Origin: Actinomycetes bacterium | GTDB lineage: Bacteria; Actinomycetota; Actinomycetes; S36-B12 | DNA: 50,139 nucleotides | Direction: 5' to 3' | Assembly: GCA_037137855.1 (NCBI GenBank) | Contig: JBAXJN010000003.1 | Coordinates: 1-50,139 of the forward strand | Shown here: in pieces, positions 26,015 through 37,574 of the stretch | Layout: each line of letters opens with the position of its first letter | How positions within the stretch are numbered: position 1 is the stretch's first letter | Notes under the pieces: model-generated | Told to the model about the DNA's origin: nothing | Seen by the model: only the letters and a program-made list of their open reading frames with translations | Database searches by the model: none | Translations under genes and position numbers: made by a program

Positions 26015-27448
26015 ATGCGTCGAGCCAAAATTGTTGCCACCATGGGCCCTGCTACCGCGGAGCTCGAAGCGGTGCGTGGCCTCATTGCAGCTGGCATGGA
26101 CGTGGCAAGGCTGAATTTGTCTCACGGCACCCAAGATCAGCATGCCGCGCAGTATCACCTGATCCGCCAGGCTGCGGAAGAGTCAGGCCGTGGCGTAGGT
26201 ATTTTGGCTGACCTTCAAGGCCCAAAGATTCGACTGGGCAAGTTTGCCTCCGGCCCAGTGCTGTTGAACGTTGGCGAAGAATTCATCGTCACGACTGAAG
26301 CTGTGCCAGGTGATGCCAAAATGGTGAGCACCACCTATAAGGACCTTCCACAAGATGTGAAGTCAGGCGATTTTGTGCTGGTCGATGACGGCCGCATTGC
26401 CCTTGAAGTTATTCGAGTTGAGGGCCCTCGAGTCATCACCGTGGTCAAAGAAGGTGGCCGAGTCTCTGATAACAAGGGATTCAACTTGCCCGGTGCCGCG
26501 ATGAGTGTTCCGGCGCTTTCAGATAAAGATCGCGACGATCTGCGATGGGCTCTGCGAATCGGCTGCGACATGATCGCTCTCTCGTTTGTGCGCGATGCTG
26601 CAGATATTGAAGATGTGCTCACGATCATGGCCGAAGAGGGCGTTCGAGTTCCGGTGTTGGCCAAGGTGGAAAAACCTCAGGCAGTTGAGAACCTGCAAGA
26701 GATCATTAACGCCTTCGATGGTGTGATGGTTGCTCGTGGTGACCTAGGCGTTGAATTACCTCTTGAGCAAGTGCCGTTGGTGCAAAAGCGGGCGATCCAT
26801 ATGTGTCGCGAGGCAGGCAAGCCGGTCATCGTTGCAACGCAGATGCTTGATTCAATGATGAGTGCGAACAGGCCAACGCGTGCTGAAGCCAGTGACGTCG
26901 CAAATGCTGTACTTGATGGTGCCGATGCGCTGATGTTGTCAGGTGAAACAAGCGTGGGATCTCATCCAATAACTGTTGTTGAAACGATGGCGCGAATTAT
27001 TTCCCATGTTGAATCCGAAGCATTGCATCGCGTGCCGATACTTGAAGAACCCCGGGCGGGATCAACCAATCGCGCGCTGACGCATGCTGCAGTCATGGTT
27101 GCTGCTGAAGTTGCCGCGACCTACCTCATTGCTTTCACTGAAACGGGAACTTCAGCTCGTTTGATTGCTCGTTGGCGCAGTGCAACAAAGTTACTGGCCT
27201 TCACCCCAAATCAGCGAGTTCGCAGCCAATTGGCATTGGTCTGGGGAGTGGAAACCTTCTTAGTGCCGCAGGTCGAACACACTGATGACATGGTCATGCA
27301 AGTGGATAAGGCATTACTCGACATTGGCCGTGCCACTGCAGGTGAACGCGTGGTCATTTGCGCGGGTGTGCCCCCTGGCATACCGGGCACAACCAACGGT
27401 ATGCGCGTGCATCGCATTGGCAGTTCAGGACGCGGCTCCGGAATCTAG
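26015..27448 (+). CDS. pyk: Pyruvate kinase
   Basis: MRRAKIVATMGP, RLNLSHG, DLQGPKIR, MVARGDLGVE, ATQML, PTRAEASDVANA, MLSGET. Confidence 0.98.
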   Translation: MRRAKIVATMGPATAELEAVRGLIAAGMDVARLNLSHGTQDQHAAQYHLIRQAAEESGRGVGILADLQGPKIRLGKFASGPVLLNVGEEFIVTTEAVPGDAKMVSTTYKDLPQDVKSGDFVLVDDGRIALEVIRVEGPRVITVVKEGGRVSDNKGFNLPGAAMSVPALSDKDRDDLRWALRIGCDMIALSFVRDAADIEDVLTIMAEEGVRVPVLAKVEKPQAVENLQEIINAFDGVMVARGDLGVELPLEQVPLVQKRAIHMCREAGKPVIVATQMLDSMMSANRPTRAEASDVANAVLDGADALMLSGETSVGSHPITVVETMARIISHVESEALHRVPILEEPRAGSTNRALTHAAVMVAAEVAATYLIAFTETGTSARLIARWRSATKLLAFTPNQRVRSQLALVWGVETFLVPQVEHTDDMVMQVDKALLDIGRATAGERVVICAGVPPGIPGTTNGMRVHRIGSSGRGSGI

Positions 27449-27530
27449 CTGGCGAGAAACGAGATTGTGAAGTCGTGGCCGCCTCTCTCCATAAATGCAG
27501 CGAACCACGGCGCCAAGGTAACGGGCGCGA

Positions 27531-27549
27531 CTAGGGGCGCAGCCTCTAG
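27531..27549. terminator. Hairpin between pyk and pyrR (possible terminator without U-tail)
   Basis: CTAGGGGC-GCA-GCCTCTAG, 8-bp stem with one G-U pair. Confidence 0.3.
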
Positions 27550-27606
27550 ATGGGGATGAAGTGGTCACGTCGGTGCTTTATCCGGTATGGTCTGACCTGC
27601 ACGACA

Positions 27607-27638
27607 CCTTTAAGTTCCGTCCTGTGAGGCGGAGAAGG
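27607..27638 (+). promoter_or_regulatory. PyrR-binding RNA element in pyrR leader
   Basis: CCUU-UAAG-UUCCG-UCCUGUGAGG-CGGAG-AAGG: UUUAA and UCCNGNGAGG signature of PyrR binding loops; 3' arm overlaps the SD region of pyrR; -10 TATGGT at 27586-27591. Confidence 0.85.
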
Positions 27639-27646
27639 GGGTCCAG

Positions 27647-28207
27647 ATGGGCTCTGCACGCGCGCACGATCTTCGGACCGTGCTTTCCGGCGATGACATC
27701 GCCCGAGCAAGTCGACGTATTGCTCACGAAATCGTAGAAAAAGCCAAAGGCGCTTCCGATCTCGTTCTCCTTGGAATCCCCACTCGTGGCGTTACTTTGG
27801 CCCACCGCATTGGTGCGGTGATCTCAGAAATTGAGGGCATCCAGGTTCCCGTTGGCTCCCTAGACATCACGCTGTACCGAGATGACCTGCGCCTGCGCCC
27901 AGCTCGAGCCCTAGAAGAGACCTCAATCCCCGAAGGCGGGATCGACGGCAAGATCGTGGTACTCGTCGATGACGTGCTGTTTTCAGGTCGGACCATTCGC
28001 GCAGCCTTGGACGCACTTAATGATGTAGGTAGGCCCGCAGCCGTGCGATTAGCCGTGCTGGTTGATCGAGGCCATCGCGAATTGCCCATCCGGCCCGACT
28101 ACGTAGGCAAGAACATTCCCACCTCAGCAACTGAGCAGGTGCGAGTGCATCTCCTAGAAATTGATGGCTCGGACTCCGTTGAAATTTCAGCGCAGGGAGC
28201 ACAGTGA
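27647..28207 (+). CDS. pyrR: Pyrimidine operon regulator / uracil phosphoribosyltransferase PyrR
   Basis: [55 protein letters not shown]. Confidence 0.97.
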   Translation: MGSARAHDLRTVLSGDDIARASRRIAHEIVEKAKGASDLVLLGIPTRGVTLAHRIGAVISEIEGIQVPVGSLDITLYRDDLRLRPARALEETSIPEGGIDGKIVVLVDDVLFSGRTIRAALDALNDVGRPAAVRLAVLVDRGHRELPIRPDYVGKNIPTSATEQVRVHLLEIDGSDSVEISAQGAQ

Positions 28208-29148
28208 TGCGCCACCTACTTTCAGCAGCTGACCTTGATCGCGACGCGGCCTTGCTGATTCTTGATACGGCGGCTGAGATGGCTGCTCTTTCTGACCGCA
28301 GTGTGAAAAAGTTGCCAACCTTGCGTGGCCGCACGGTGGTGAACTTATTCTTTGAAGATTCAACTCGCACTCGAATTTCATTCGAACTCGCGGCAAAACG
28401 ACTCTCAGCTGACGTCATCAACTTCGCGGCTAAAGGCTCGTCGGTTTCCAAGGGCGAGAGCCTGAAAGACACTGCGCTCACCCTTGAAGCGATGGGGGCT
28501 GACGCTGTTGTCATTCGCCACTGGGATTCGGGCGCACCATATCGGCTCGCGCACGCAAACTGGATCGGCGGCTCGGTTATTAACGCCGGCGATGGCACCC
28601 ATGAGCACCCAACTCAGGCATTACTTGATGCCTACACAATGCGCCGACATCTTCGCGATGGCAAAGGGGCGCTAGAAGGTGTTCGCGTAGGAATTGTCGG
28701 TGACATTCTGCACAGCCGTGTTGCTCGATCAAACGTACTTTTGCTGCAGACGCTTGGCGCCGAAGTGACTCTGGTTGCGCCACCAACACTTTTGCCTATC
28801 GGTATCGAAACCTGGCCTTGTGAGGTTTCCTACGACATCGATGCCGTGCTACCAAAAGTTGACGCAGTGATGATGCTGCGAGTGCAACAGGAACGCATGC
28901 AAGCCGCCTACTTCCCAACATCACGCGAATACAGCCGCTTGTATGGACTCAATAGTGATCGGATGCGACTACTTCCAGAACACGCAATCGTGATGCACCC
29001 AGGACCGATGAATCGGGGCATGGAAATTTCTGCAGAGGTTGCTGATAGCGATCGGGCCGTGATGGTTGAGCAGGTTGCTAACGGTGTCAGTGTGCGGATG
29101 GCGGTTTTGTACTTGTTACTCGGCGGGGCAAAGGAGTTAAGCGAATGA
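28204..29148 (+). CDS. pyrB: Aspartate carbamoyltransferase catalytic subunit
   Basis: [40 protein letters not shown]. Confidence 0.98.
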   Translation: MMRHLLSAADLDRDAALLILDTAAEMAALSDRSVKKLPTLRGRTVVNLFFEDSTRTRISFELAAKRLSADVINFAAKGSSVSKGESLKDTALTLEAMGADAVVIRHWDSGAPYRLAHANWIGGSVINAGDGTHEHPTQALLDAYTMRRHLRDGKGALEGVRVGIVGDILHSRVARSNVLLLQTLGAEVTLVAPPTLLPIGIETWPCEVSYDIDAVLPKVDAVMMLRVQQERMQAAYFPTSREYSRLYGLNSDRMRLLPEHAIVMHPGPMNRGMEISAEVADSDRAVMVEQVANGVSVRMAVLYLLLGGAKELSE

Positions 29149-30428
29149 CCACATACGTCATCAGAGGTGTTCGTCCTTACGGAGAAGCCGCAGTAGACAT
29201 TGTTATCAATGATGGTGTCATAACCGAGCTTGCTTCTCCCGGCACTGGTCAAGGAGAAGTGATTGACGCTGAAGGGCTCATCGCGCTTCCAGGTTTTGTT
29301 GATCTTCACACTCATCTTCGTGAACCAGGTCGAGAAGATGCTGAAACGATCGAATCCGGATCGCAGGCTGCAGCTCTTGGCGGCTATACATGCGTGCATG
29401 CGATGGCTAATACCGATCCAGTGGCTGACACTGCGGGCGTAGTCGAGCAGGTGTGGCGCATTGGGCGCGAGGTTGGTCTTGTTGATGTGCGCCCGGTAGG
29501 AGCAGTCACCGTCAATCTTGACGGCACTCACCTTGCGCAAATCGGTGCGATGGCGAATTCAGCTGCAGGAGTCACGGTGTTCAGTGACGACGGTAAGTGT
29601 GTTCATGACGCACTGTTGATGCGTCGCGCCTTGGAATACGTCAAAGCATTCGGGGGAGTTGTTGCCCAACATGCTCAAGAACCACGACTCACTGAAAATG
29701 CGCAGATGAATGAAGGCGCACTCAGCGGCAAACTCGGAATGGTTGGCTGGCCAGCAGTTGCCGAAGAAGCCATCATCGCTCGCGATGTTTTGCTTGCTGA
29801 ACATGTCAATTCTCGTCTGCACGCATGCCATGTGTCCACTTCTGGTTCAGTAGAAGTGATTCGCTGGGCTAAGAGTCGTGGTGTGAACGTCACGGCCGAA
29901 GTGACACCGCACCACTTGATTTTGACTGAAGATCTCGTTGAGTCATACAACCCGGTATACAAAGTCAATCCGCCACTTCGTCGCAAAGAAGATGTACTGG
30001 CACTGCGTGAAGCATTAGCTGACGGCACGATCGATGCACTTGCCACCGACCATGCACCACATCCGCATGAACACAAGGATTGCGAATGGGGAGCGGCCGC
30101 AATGGGAATGCTCGGTTTGCAGACTGCTTTCAGTGTTGTCATGGAAACCATGGTTGAGCCTGGACTTCTTGATTGGCGGGGAGTTGCGGATCGCATGTCG
30201 GTTCAACCGGCTCGAATCGGCGGAGTTGCGACCCAAGGGCAGCCACTTGAAGTGGGGTCTATCGCAAACATCGTGGTGATTGACCCCAAAGCCACATGGA
30301 CCGTTGTTGCCGATGAACTCGCGTCTAAAAGTTCGAACACTCCATTCGCCGAACGTACCTTCCCCGGCACGGTCGTGCACACGTTTTACGCTGGTCGCCC
30401 GACTGTGCTTGGCGGTGTGCTGGCGTGA
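29145..30428 (+). CDS. pyrC: Dihydroorotase
   Basis: [40 protein letters not shown]. Confidence 0.97.
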   Translation: MTTYVIRGVRPYGEAAVDIVINDGVITELASPGTGQGEVIDAEGLIALPGFVDLHTHLREPGREDAETIESGSQAAALGGYTCVHAMANTDPVADTAGVVEQVWRIGREVGLVDVRPVGAVTVNLDGTHLAQIGAMANSAAGVTVFSDDGKCVHDALLMRRALEYVKAFGGVVAQHAQEPRLTENAQMNEGALSGKLGMVGWPAVAEEAIIARDVLLAEHVNSRLHACHVSTSGSVEVIRWAKSRGVNVTAEVTPHHLILTEDLVESYNPVYKVNPPLRRKEDVLALREALADGTIDALATDHAPHPHEHKDCEWGAAAMGMLGLQTAFSVVMETMVEPGLLDWRGVADRMSVQPARIGGVATQGQPLEVGSIANIVVIDPKATWTVVADELASKSSNTPFAERTFPGTVVHTFYAGRPTVLGGVLA

Positions 30429-30538
30429 TCTACCTGCTCATTGCTGACACCCATAAAGATCAAAACCTGATTCTCCACACCTGTGTGAACGCAGGTTTCA
30501 ACGCTGATGTAGATGCAACAACAAAGGAGCAGTCATGA
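30425..30538 (+). CDS. 37-aa small ORF bridging pyrC and carA (possible gene relic)
   Basis: Not in ORF track (<60 aa); [43 protein letters not shown]; GTGA overlap with pyrC stop and ATGA overlap with carA start. Confidence 0.55.
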   Translation: MIYLLIADTHKDQNLILHTCVNAGFNADVDATTKEQS

Positions 30539-31671
30539 CCTCGCGCGAGCCAGCAATACTCGTCTTAGAAGACGGTCGCGTGATGCGCGGACAGCGCTAC
30601 GGGGCTGCAGGTGTCACATTTGGCGAGGCTGTGTTCTCAACAGGAATGTCGGGTTATCAAGAGACGCTCACGGACCCTTCTTATGACCGTCAAGTTGTCG
30701 TGATGACCGCCCCTCATATTGGTAACACTGGGGTGAACGAGGAAGATTTTGAATCCACCAAGATTTGGGTAGCCGGTTACGTTGTGCGCGATCCGTCTCG
30801 GGTTTCCTCTAACTGGCGTTCAACGGGCGATCTAGCAGTCGCACTTGAAAGGCAAGGCATCGTTGGAATTAGCGGGGTAGACACTCGTGCACTCACCCGT
30901 CACTTGCGCGAACGTGGTGCAATGCGGGTCGGTATTTTCTCAGGCGTAGCTGCAGAAGCTGGCGTTGAAGATTTATTGCTTCAAGTTCAGGCAAGTCCAG
31001 GAATGGCTGGGGCGAACCTGACTGATGAAGTCAGCACAAACAAGCCATACATCGTTTCAGCAGTCGGAGAAAAGAAATTCACGGTTGCAGCCATTGACCT
31101 TGGTATCAAGTCGATGACTCCAGAAATGATGGCGGCTCGCGGCATCGAAGTACATGTGCTTCCCGCTGCCAGTTCGGTTGAAGAAATTCTTGCTTTGAAT
31201 CCAGATGGCGTTTTCTTCTCAAACGGCCCAGGTGATCCGGCTACTGCAGATGCAGCTGTAGCAACAATGAAGGCAATGCTTGATCGAAAGATGCCAGTCT
31301 TTGGTATCTGCTTTGGTAATCAGATTCTGGGTCGAGCCCTTGGCCTTGGTACGTACAAGCTTCGTTATGGCCACCGTGGGCTTAACCAGCCGGTGCAAGA
31401 TTTACGCACCCGCAAGGTTGAAATCACTGCACATAATCATGGGTTTGCGGTTGATGCTCCACGTACTGGTGATTTTGATACGCCTTATGGAAAGGCCCAA
31501 GTAAGTCACATTTGCCTTAACGATGATGTGGTGGAAGGCCTGCGTTGTTTAGAAGTGCCAGCCTTCAGTGTTCAGTACCATCCTGAGGCCGCAGCTGGTC
31601 CGCATGATTCTGCTTATCTCTTCGACGATTTCATTGAGTTAATGAGCTCACCAGGAAAGGTGCGTGCCTAA
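30535..31671 (+). CDS. carA: Carbamoyl-phosphate synthase small subunit
   Basis: [43 protein letters not shown]; SD AAAGGAG. Confidence 0.98.
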   Translation: MTSREPAILVLEDGRVMRGQRYGAAGVTFGEAVFSTGMSGYQETLTDPSYDRQVVVMTAPHIGNTGVNEEDFESTKIWVAGYVVRDPSRVSSNWRSTGDLAVALERQGIVGISGVDTRALTRHLRERGAMRVGIFSGVAAEAGVEDLLLQVQASPGMAGANLTDEVSTNKPYIVSAVGEKKFTVAAIDLGIKSMTPEMMAARGIEVHVLPAASSVEEILALNPDGVFFSNGPGDPATADAAVATMKAMLDRKMPVFGICFGNQILGRALGLGTYKLRYGHRGLNQPVQDLRTRKVEITAHNHGFAVDAPRTGDFDTPYGKAQVSHICLNDDVVEGLRCLEVPAFSVQYHPEAAAGPHDSAYLFDDFIELMSSPGKVRA

Positions 31672-34600
31672 TGCCACGTCGTGACGACATCAAGTCGGTC
31701 ATGGTGATCGGGTCAGGCCCCATCGTCATTGGTCAAGCTTGCGAATTCGATTACTCCGGAACTCAAGCCTGTCGAGTGCTTCGCGATGAAGGTATCCGTG
31801 TCGTACTCGTGAACTCAAACCCAGCAACGATTATGACGGACCCTGAATTCTCCGATGCTACTTACATTGAACCGATCACGCCTGAATTTGTTGAACGGAT
31901 CATCGCCAAGGAACGTCCAGATGCGTTGTTACCTACCCTTGGCGGGCAAACTGCTTTGAACACAGCTATTGCACTTCACAAAAATGGTGTACTCGCTAAA
32001 TATGGAGTCGAATTGATCGGTGCCGATGTTGACGCCATTGAGCGCGGTGAAAACCGTGAACTCTTTAAGAAGATCGTTGCCGAGATCGGCGCGGAAAGCG
32101 CGAACTCCGTGATCTGCCATTCACTCCAAGACTGCCTGGATGCGGTTGAAGAGTTGGGCTATCCAATGGTTGTCCGCCCCTCATTCACCATGGGCGGCGC
32201 CGGATCAGGTATGGCGTATAACGAAGAAGATCTAAGGCGCATCGCAGGTGCTGGCCTGCAAGCAAGTCCGACCACCGAGATCCTTCTTGAAGAGTCGATT
32301 CTGGGCTGGAAAGAGTATGAACTTGAACTGATGCGTGATCATCGTGACAACGTGGTGGTTGTGTGTTCAATCGAAAATCTTGACCCGATGGGCGTGCACA
32401 CAGGTGACTCGATCACTGTTGCACCCGCACTGACCCTTACCGACCGCGAATTTCAGCACATGCGCGACGTTGGCATCGAGATCATTCGCGCTGTCGGTGT
32501 AGACACAGGTGGATGCAACATTCAGTTCGCTATCAATCCAGAAGATGGTCGACTCATTGTTATTGAAATGAACCCTCGGGTATCGCGCTCGTCGGCTCTG
32601 GCATCAAAAGCCACCGGTTTCCCAATTGCCAAGATCGCTGCGCGCCTAGCAGTGGGTTACACCTTGGATGAGATTGCAAATGACATCACGATGGAAACGC
32701 CGGCGTCCTTTGAACCAACCCTCGACTACATCGTGGTCAAAGTTCCGCGCTTTGCTTTCGAAAAGTTTCCTAACGCCGATTCTACGTTGACCACCACAAT
32801 GAAAAGCGTGGGCGAAGCGATGGCCATAGGTCGAAACTTCACGGAGGCACTCCAAAAAGCTTTGCGATCCTTGGAAAAGAAGGACGCTATTTTCTCGTGG
32901 CCGGCAACAAAGTCAGAGGTCGACATTGCAGAGCTCAAAGCCACGATGGGGCGCCCGCACGATGGGCGTTTGTCCTTGGTGCAACGAGCGCTCTGGGCCG
33001 GGGTAACACCTGCGGAGGTCTTCGACATCACCAAGATTGATCCATGGTTCTTGGATCAGATCTGTTTGATCAACGAAATTGCAGATGAAGTGCGCAGTGC
33101 TGCGACATTGGATCTCGACACTCTTCGATATGCCAAACGTCATGGTTTTTCAGACGATCAAATCGCGAAATTACGTGGGCTGACTGAAGCTGGCGTTCGT
33201 GGGCTCCGTCATGAATTGGGCCTGCGTCCGGTCTATAAAACAGTTGATACCTGTGCCGCAGAGTTCGCTGCCAAAACGCCGTATCACTACTCGGCATATG
33301 ACGAAGAGACTGAAGCTATTCCTAGTGATCGAGAAAAAGTAATCATTTTGGGTTCCGGCCCAAATCGCATCGGACAAGGAATCGAATTCGACTATTCATG
33401 CGTTCATGCAGCACTCACGTTGCGTGAAGCCGGTTACGAAACAATTATGGTCAACTGCAACCCTGAAACGGTTTCTACTGACTATGACACTTCTGATCGT
33501 TTGTATTTCGAACCTTTAACTCTTGAAGACGTGCTGGAAGTTGTGCATGCTGAAAGTGGCGCCGGTAAACTTGCCGGGGTCATCGTGCAACTTGGCGGAC
33601 AAACACCACTTGGGCTGGCTCAGGCACTCAAGGACGCTGGCGTGCCAATTGTGGGAACGTCACCAGAATCAATCCACCTCGCAGAAGAGCGTGGCGCCTT
33701 TGGCCGAGTTCTTGCTGATGCAGGTTTGATCGCACCGAAGCACGGAATGGCTGCTTCATTTCCGCAAGCCCAGGCGATCGCAAAAGAGGTCGGCTACCCA
33801 GTACTCGTTCGTCCAAGTTACGTCCTTGGCGGTCGTGGCATGGAAATTGTCTACGACGATGCGATGCTGGCAGATTATCTCGAGCGCTCCACTGAAATTA
33901 ACGAAGCCCATCCAGTTCTGGTCGATCGTTTTCTTGACGACGCAATAGAAATTGATGTGGACGCCCTGTATGACGGCAAGGAGCTTTTCCTTGCAGGAGT
34001 CATGGAACATATTGAAGAAGCAGGAATTCACTCTGGTGACTCTGCCTGCGCTTTGCCACCCATCACCTTGGGTGCAAGTCAGATTGATCGCATTCGTAAG
34101 TCAACTGAAGCTATCGCTAAAGGTGTTGGCGTTTTGGGTCTATTGAACGTGCAGTATGCGTTGGCATCCGATGTGCTCTACGTATTGGAAGCTAATCCGC
34201 GCGCTTCACGAACTGTGCCATTTGTTTCCAAGGCAACCGCAGTGCATGTTGCCAAGGCTGCGGCTCGCGTGATGATGGGGCAAAGCATCGCCGAACTTCG
34301 AGTACTAGGGATTCTTCCAGAACTTGGTGATGGCGGAACAATGCCAGATGGTTGTGCTGTTTCAGTTAAGGAAGCCGTGTTGCCCTTTGGTCGCTTCCAA
34401 GGCGTTGACACAGTGCTGGGGCCTGAGATGCGATCAACCGGAGAAGTGATGGGTCTTGATGACACTTTCGGTGTGGCATTCGCCAAAGCGCAAGATGCTG
34501 CCTCTGGCGCGCTTCCAACCTCAGGAACGGTTTTTGTCTCCCTCGCAGATCGAGATAAGCGCGCAGCGATCTTCCCACTTCGGCGGTTAAGCGATCTTGG

Positions 34601-35006
34601 CTTTAAGATCTTGGCAACTTCGGGAACAGCTGATGTTTTACGCCGTAATGGCGTGAAGTGTGAAGTAATCCGCAAGGCCTTTGAGGGCACGGGCCCGGCA
34701 GGGGAGCCGACCACTGTTGAGGCCATCATGAATGGCGACATTCAATTAATCATCAATACGCCATACGGCGTGGGTGCCCGACTGGATGGCTATGAGATCC
34801 GAACAGCGGCGGTCATGAAGGGCATTCCGTCAATCACCACGGTTCAGGGTCTGGGAGCAGTGGTCCAAGGTATCGACTCGATGCAGCATGAAGAGTCCAC
34901 CGTTCGCTCCCTCCAGGAGCATGGGGCAGATCTGGCTAGGCTCCGCGCCGGTCAGCGCGATAGCCTGCTGGCTCTCAGCACGTCAGACTCAGGCAAGGAC
35001 GCGTAA
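31671..35006 (+). CDS. carB: Carbamoyl-phosphate synthase large subunit
   Basis: [17 protein letters not shown], two ATP-grasp domains ([16 protein letters not shown]), [13 protein letters not shown]-like C-terminal domain. Confidence 0.98.
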   Translation: MPRRDDIKSVMVIGSGPIVIGQACEFDYSGTQACRVLRDEGIRVVLVNSNPATIMTDPEFSDATYIEPITPEFVERIIAKERPDALLPTLGGQTALNTAIALHKNGVLAKYGVELIGADVDAIERGENRELFKKIVAEIGAESANSVICHSLQDCLDAVEELGYPMVVRPSFTMGGAGSGMAYNEEDLRRIAGAGLQASPTTEILLEESILGWKEYELELMRDHRDNVVVVCSIENLDPMGVHTGDSITVAPALTLTDREFQHMRDVGIEIIRAVGVDTGGCNIQFAINPEDGRLIVIEMNPRVSRSSALASKATGFPIAKIAARLAVGYTLDEIANDITMETPASFEPTLDYIVVKVPRFAFEKFPNADSTLTTTMKSVGEAMAIGRNFTEALQKALRSLEKKDAIFSWPATKSEVDIAELKATMGRPHDGRLSLVQRALWAGVTPAEVFDITKIDPWFLDQICLINEIADEVRSAATLDLDTLRYAKRHGFSDDQIAKLRGLTEAGVRGLRHELGLRPVYKTVDTCAAEFAAKTPYHYSAYDEETEAIPSDREKVIILGSGPNRIGQGIEFDYSCVHAALTLREAGYETIMVNCNPETVSTDYDTSDRLYFEPLTLEDVLEVVHAESGAGKLAGVIVQLGGQTPLGLAQALKDAGVPIVGTSPESIHLAEERGAFGRVLADAGLIAPKHGMAASFPQAQAIAKEVGYPVLVRPSYVLGGRGMEIVYDDAMLADYLERSTEINEAHPVLVDRFLDDAIEIDVDALYDGKELFLAGVMEHIEEAGIHSGDSACALPPITLGASQIDRIRKSTEAIAKGVGVLGLLNVQYALASDVLYVLEANPRASRTVPFVSKATAVHVAKAAARVMMGQSIAELRVLGILPELGDGGTMPDGCAVSVKEAVLPFGRFQGVDTVLGPEMRSTGEVMGLDDTFGVAFAKAQDAASGALPTSGTVFVSLADRDKRAAIFPLRRLSDLGFKILATSGTADVLRRNGVKCEVIRKAFEGTGPAGEPTTVEAIMNGDIQLIINTPYGVGARLDGYEIRTAAVMKGIPSITTVQGLGAVVQGIDSMQHEESTVRSLQEHGADLARLRAGQRDSLLALSTSDSGKDA

Positions 35007-35008
35007 CC

Positions 35009-35863
35009 GTGGCACCTTTACAACTCACTGGACAAGTGCTCGATGTCCGTCGAGCAGGCATGTACACGGTGCTGTCCTTAACTGCTCCAGGTCTTGCTGA
35101 GCGCACCAAGCCCGGCCACTTCCTCAACATTGGCATTGGCGGTGAGGAATCCGGCTTATTACTGCGGCGGGCTTTTGCTATCTATCAAGTGCAGTCACGT
35201 GGTGTGTATGGCGGCTCGGTTGACATCGTGGTTGGCGTACACGGCAAGGGCACGCAGTGGATCGCTGACCGACGCCGGCATGACAACTTAAGCATTGTTG
35301 GTCCGCTGGGTAAACCATTCACCTTGCCTAAAGATCCGGCGAACTGCATTTTAGTCGGCGGTGGTTACGGAACTGCTCCGCTGTTTATGTTGGCAGATCA
35401 GTTACGCGAACGAGGTTGCCGAGTTGACGTTATTGCAGGCGCGGCAACCGAAGAGAAACTTTTTGGAACGTTAGAAATTAAGCGCGCCGCTTCAACGCTG
35501 ACCGTCACCACTGAAGACGGATCAATGGGAGTGCAGGGCAGAGTTACTGACGTTCTCGATGACATCATCACGAAAACCAAAGCTGATGTTATTTACGCCT
35601 GTGGCCCGATGGGAATGTTGGCCGCCGTTGCTAACGTTGCAGCCGCCCGTGGCGTGTATTCCCAATGTTCAGTTGAAGAGTCCATGGCATGTGGCATTGG
35701 CGTGTGCATGACGTGTGTGCTGCCAGTAATTGGCGATGATGGCGTGACTCGGATGGTTCGCTCATGTGTTGAAGGCCCAGTTTTTCGCGGTGATCAGGTG
35801 CGCTGGAGTGACGTTGGCACTGTGCCTGCCGACACCCTAGGCGCTCCAACGGGAGGCCACTAA
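35009..35863 (+). CDS. pyrK: Dihydroorotate dehydrogenase electron transfer subunit
   Basis: VGPLG, VGGGYG, YACGP, 2Fe-2S motif MACGIGVCMTC...RSCVEGPVF. Confidence 0.9.
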   Translation: MAPLQLTGQVLDVRRAGMYTVLSLTAPGLAERTKPGHFLNIGIGGEESGLLLRRAFAIYQVQSRGVYGGSVDIVVGVHGKGTQWIADRRRHDNLSIVGPLGKPFTLPKDPANCILVGGGYGTAPLFMLADQLRERGCRVDVIAGAATEEKLFGTLEIKRAASTLTVTTEDGSMGVQGRVTDVLDDIITKTKADVIYACGPMGMLAAVANVAAARGVYSQCSVEESMACGIGVCMTCVLPVIGDDGVTRMVRSCVEGPVFRGDQVRWSDVGTVPADTLGAPTGGH

Positions 35864-36873
35864 TGTCGCGCGCTTTGATTACTCGTGGGCCAGCCGGTTC
35901 TGCGGTAGATCTTCCCGCCGTTGATATGTCAACGTCGATCGGTGATTTTGAAACGCCAATGCCGGTATTTACTGCCTCGGGTTGTGCCGCTGCCGGTAAA
36001 GAGCTTGATCAGTTTTTTGACATCACCCACATTGGTGGAATTGTCACGAAGAGTGTGATGATGAGTGCTCGCTCAGGCCGGGCCACTCCGCGAATGGCAG
36101 AAACGCCAAGTGGAATGTTGAACTCAATTGGCTTGCAAGGCCCAGGTATCGATGCATTCATTGATCACGATTTAGCCTGGCTACGCCAGCGTGGTGCTCG
36201 CACAGTGGTTTCTATTGCTGGTGGCAGCGTTGAAGAATACGGAAAGCTAGCGGCCAAGCTGAGAAATGTTGAAGGCATTAGTGCAATTGAAGTGAATATT
36301 TCTTGCCCAAATGTTGAAGATCGGGGCCAAGTGTTCGCTTGCGATCCCAATTCAGCTGCGCAAGTTATTCAGGCCGTGAAGCGCAACTCGGATACCAAAG
36401 TTCCGATCATTGCCAAGTTGTCACCTGATGTCACCAACATTGTCACCATCGCCCAAGCGGTAGAGCGAGCCGGCGCCGATGCTGTGGCCGTTATTAACAC
36501 CACTCTTGGCATGGTGATCGATTTAGAAACAATGCGCCCAGCCTTAGCCGGAATTACTGGCGGTTTGTCAGGTCCAGCTATTCGCCCGATGGCTGTGCGG
36601 TGTGTATGGCAAATTCATCAGGCTCTTCCTAACCTTCCAATCTTGGGAATGGGTGGAATCCGCAACGGCGAAGATGCACTTCAGTTTATTTTGGCCGGTG
36701 CGAGCGCCGTTTCAGTTGGCACTGTTACCTTCCATGACCCTTCCGCACCGATGCGAGTGCAAGATGAACTCGAAGTTGCCTTAGCTCTGCGGGGTTTCAC
36801 TACATTGCATGAAGCAATTGGCTACGCCCATCGCGGTCCAGACGTTCCTGAAGTCGCTGAGGAGCAAGAGTGA
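35863..36873 (+). CDS. pyrD: Dihydroorotate dehydrogenase class 1B catalytic subunit
   Basis: TASG, MLNSIGLQGPG, NISCPN (catalytic Cys), AKLSPDV, INT, GGLSGPAIRP; adjacent to pyrK. Confidence 0.93.
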   Translation: MSRALITRGPAGSAVDLPAVDMSTSIGDFETPMPVFTASGCAAAGKELDQFFDITHIGGIVTKSVMMSARSGRATPRMAETPSGMLNSIGLQGPGIDAFIDHDLAWLRQRGARTVVSIAGGSVEEYGKLAAKLRNVEGISAIEVNISCPNVEDRGQVFACDPNSAAQVIQAVKRNSDTKVPIIAKLSPDVTNIVTIAQAVERAGADAVAVINTTLGMVIDLETMRPALAGITGGLSGPAIRPMAVRCVWQIHQALPNLPILGMGGIRNGEDALQFILAGASAVSVGTVTFHDPSAPMRVQDELEVALALRGFTTLHEAIGYAHRGPDVPEVAEEQE

Positions 36874-37574
36874 CCAAGGCCCCTATCGCTGTAGCAATTG
36901 ATGCTCCAGACCTTGGTGTTGTTCGAGCTTGGTCGCGTGCAGTTGCACCCGTTGTTTCTACCTTGAAGGTCGGCCTTGAGGTTTACTGCCGTGATGGAGC
37001 TGCAGCGGTTCAAGCCGCACGTCAAGGTGCATCCGAAGTTGGTTTTGCAGACATTGCGATTTTCCTTGATCTCAAACTTCACGATATTCCTGCAACAGTT
37101 GCTAGCGCAGCATTTGCAGTTGCCGACCTTCACCCGGCTTTTCTCACCGTGCATGCAAGCGGTGGCGCAGCAATGATTGAAGCTGCAGCGAAGGCGTTGC
37201 CTGATACCCGCATCACTGCAGTGACGATATTGACGTCGATTGATGAAGCCTCTCTTGCCAGCATCGGCATGGTGGGCCCAACGATGGATGCAGCCGTTCG
37301 GCTCGCAAAGCTTGCAGTTGAAGCTGGAGCGCGCGCAATTGTCTGTTCCCCGCTAGAAGTTGCAGCTATTCGCGCCGCAGTGCCTGCAAACATAACCTTG
37401 ATCACGCCCGGAGTTCGCCCGGCAGGTTCTGCTGTGAATGATCAAAAGCGCGTCGCCACACCGCAAGATGCGATTGCAGCAGGAGCGGATCTGCTGGTGA
37501 TCGGCCGACCAATTACCGCTGCGCCAGATTTGACCGCCGCCGCATGGCTCATAGCTCAGTCACTTGAGGCCTAG
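36870..37574 (+). CDS. pyrF: Orotidine-5'-phosphate decarboxylase
   Basis: FLDLKLHDIPATV, TVHASGG, TPGVRP, DQKR, IGRPIT. Confidence 0.97.
   Translation: MTKAPIAVAIDAPDLGVVRAWSRAVAPVVSTLKVGLEVYCRDGAAAVQAARQGASEVGFADIAIFLDLKLHDIPATVASAAFAVADLHPAFLTVHASGGAAMIEAAAKALPDTRITAVTILTSIDEASLASIGMVGPTMDAAVRLAKLAVEAGARAIVCSPLEVAAIRAAVPANITLITPGVRPAGSAVNDQKRVATPQDAIAAGADLLVIGRPITAAPDLTAAAWLIAQSLEA

Noticed and set aside
27446-27600. tRNA or bldD remnant between pyk and pyrR
   Set aside because: No cloverleaf or TTCGA T-loop; the only minus-strand micro-ORF I found (MERGGHDFTISFLAS) does not resemble BldD
28908-29540. Long antisense/alternate-frame ORFs (e.g. 28908-29540, 28017-28598, 11854-12432, 19110-19679, 34178-34741, 40607-41149, 40746-41279)
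   Set aside because: They overlap well-identified housekeeping genes and have no recognisable motifs; typical shadow ORFs in GC-rich coding DNA
35863-36873. Dihydropyrimidine dehydrogenase PreA instead of PyrD
   Set aside because: No C-terminal 4Fe-4S ferredoxin motifs; gene sits between pyrK and pyrF
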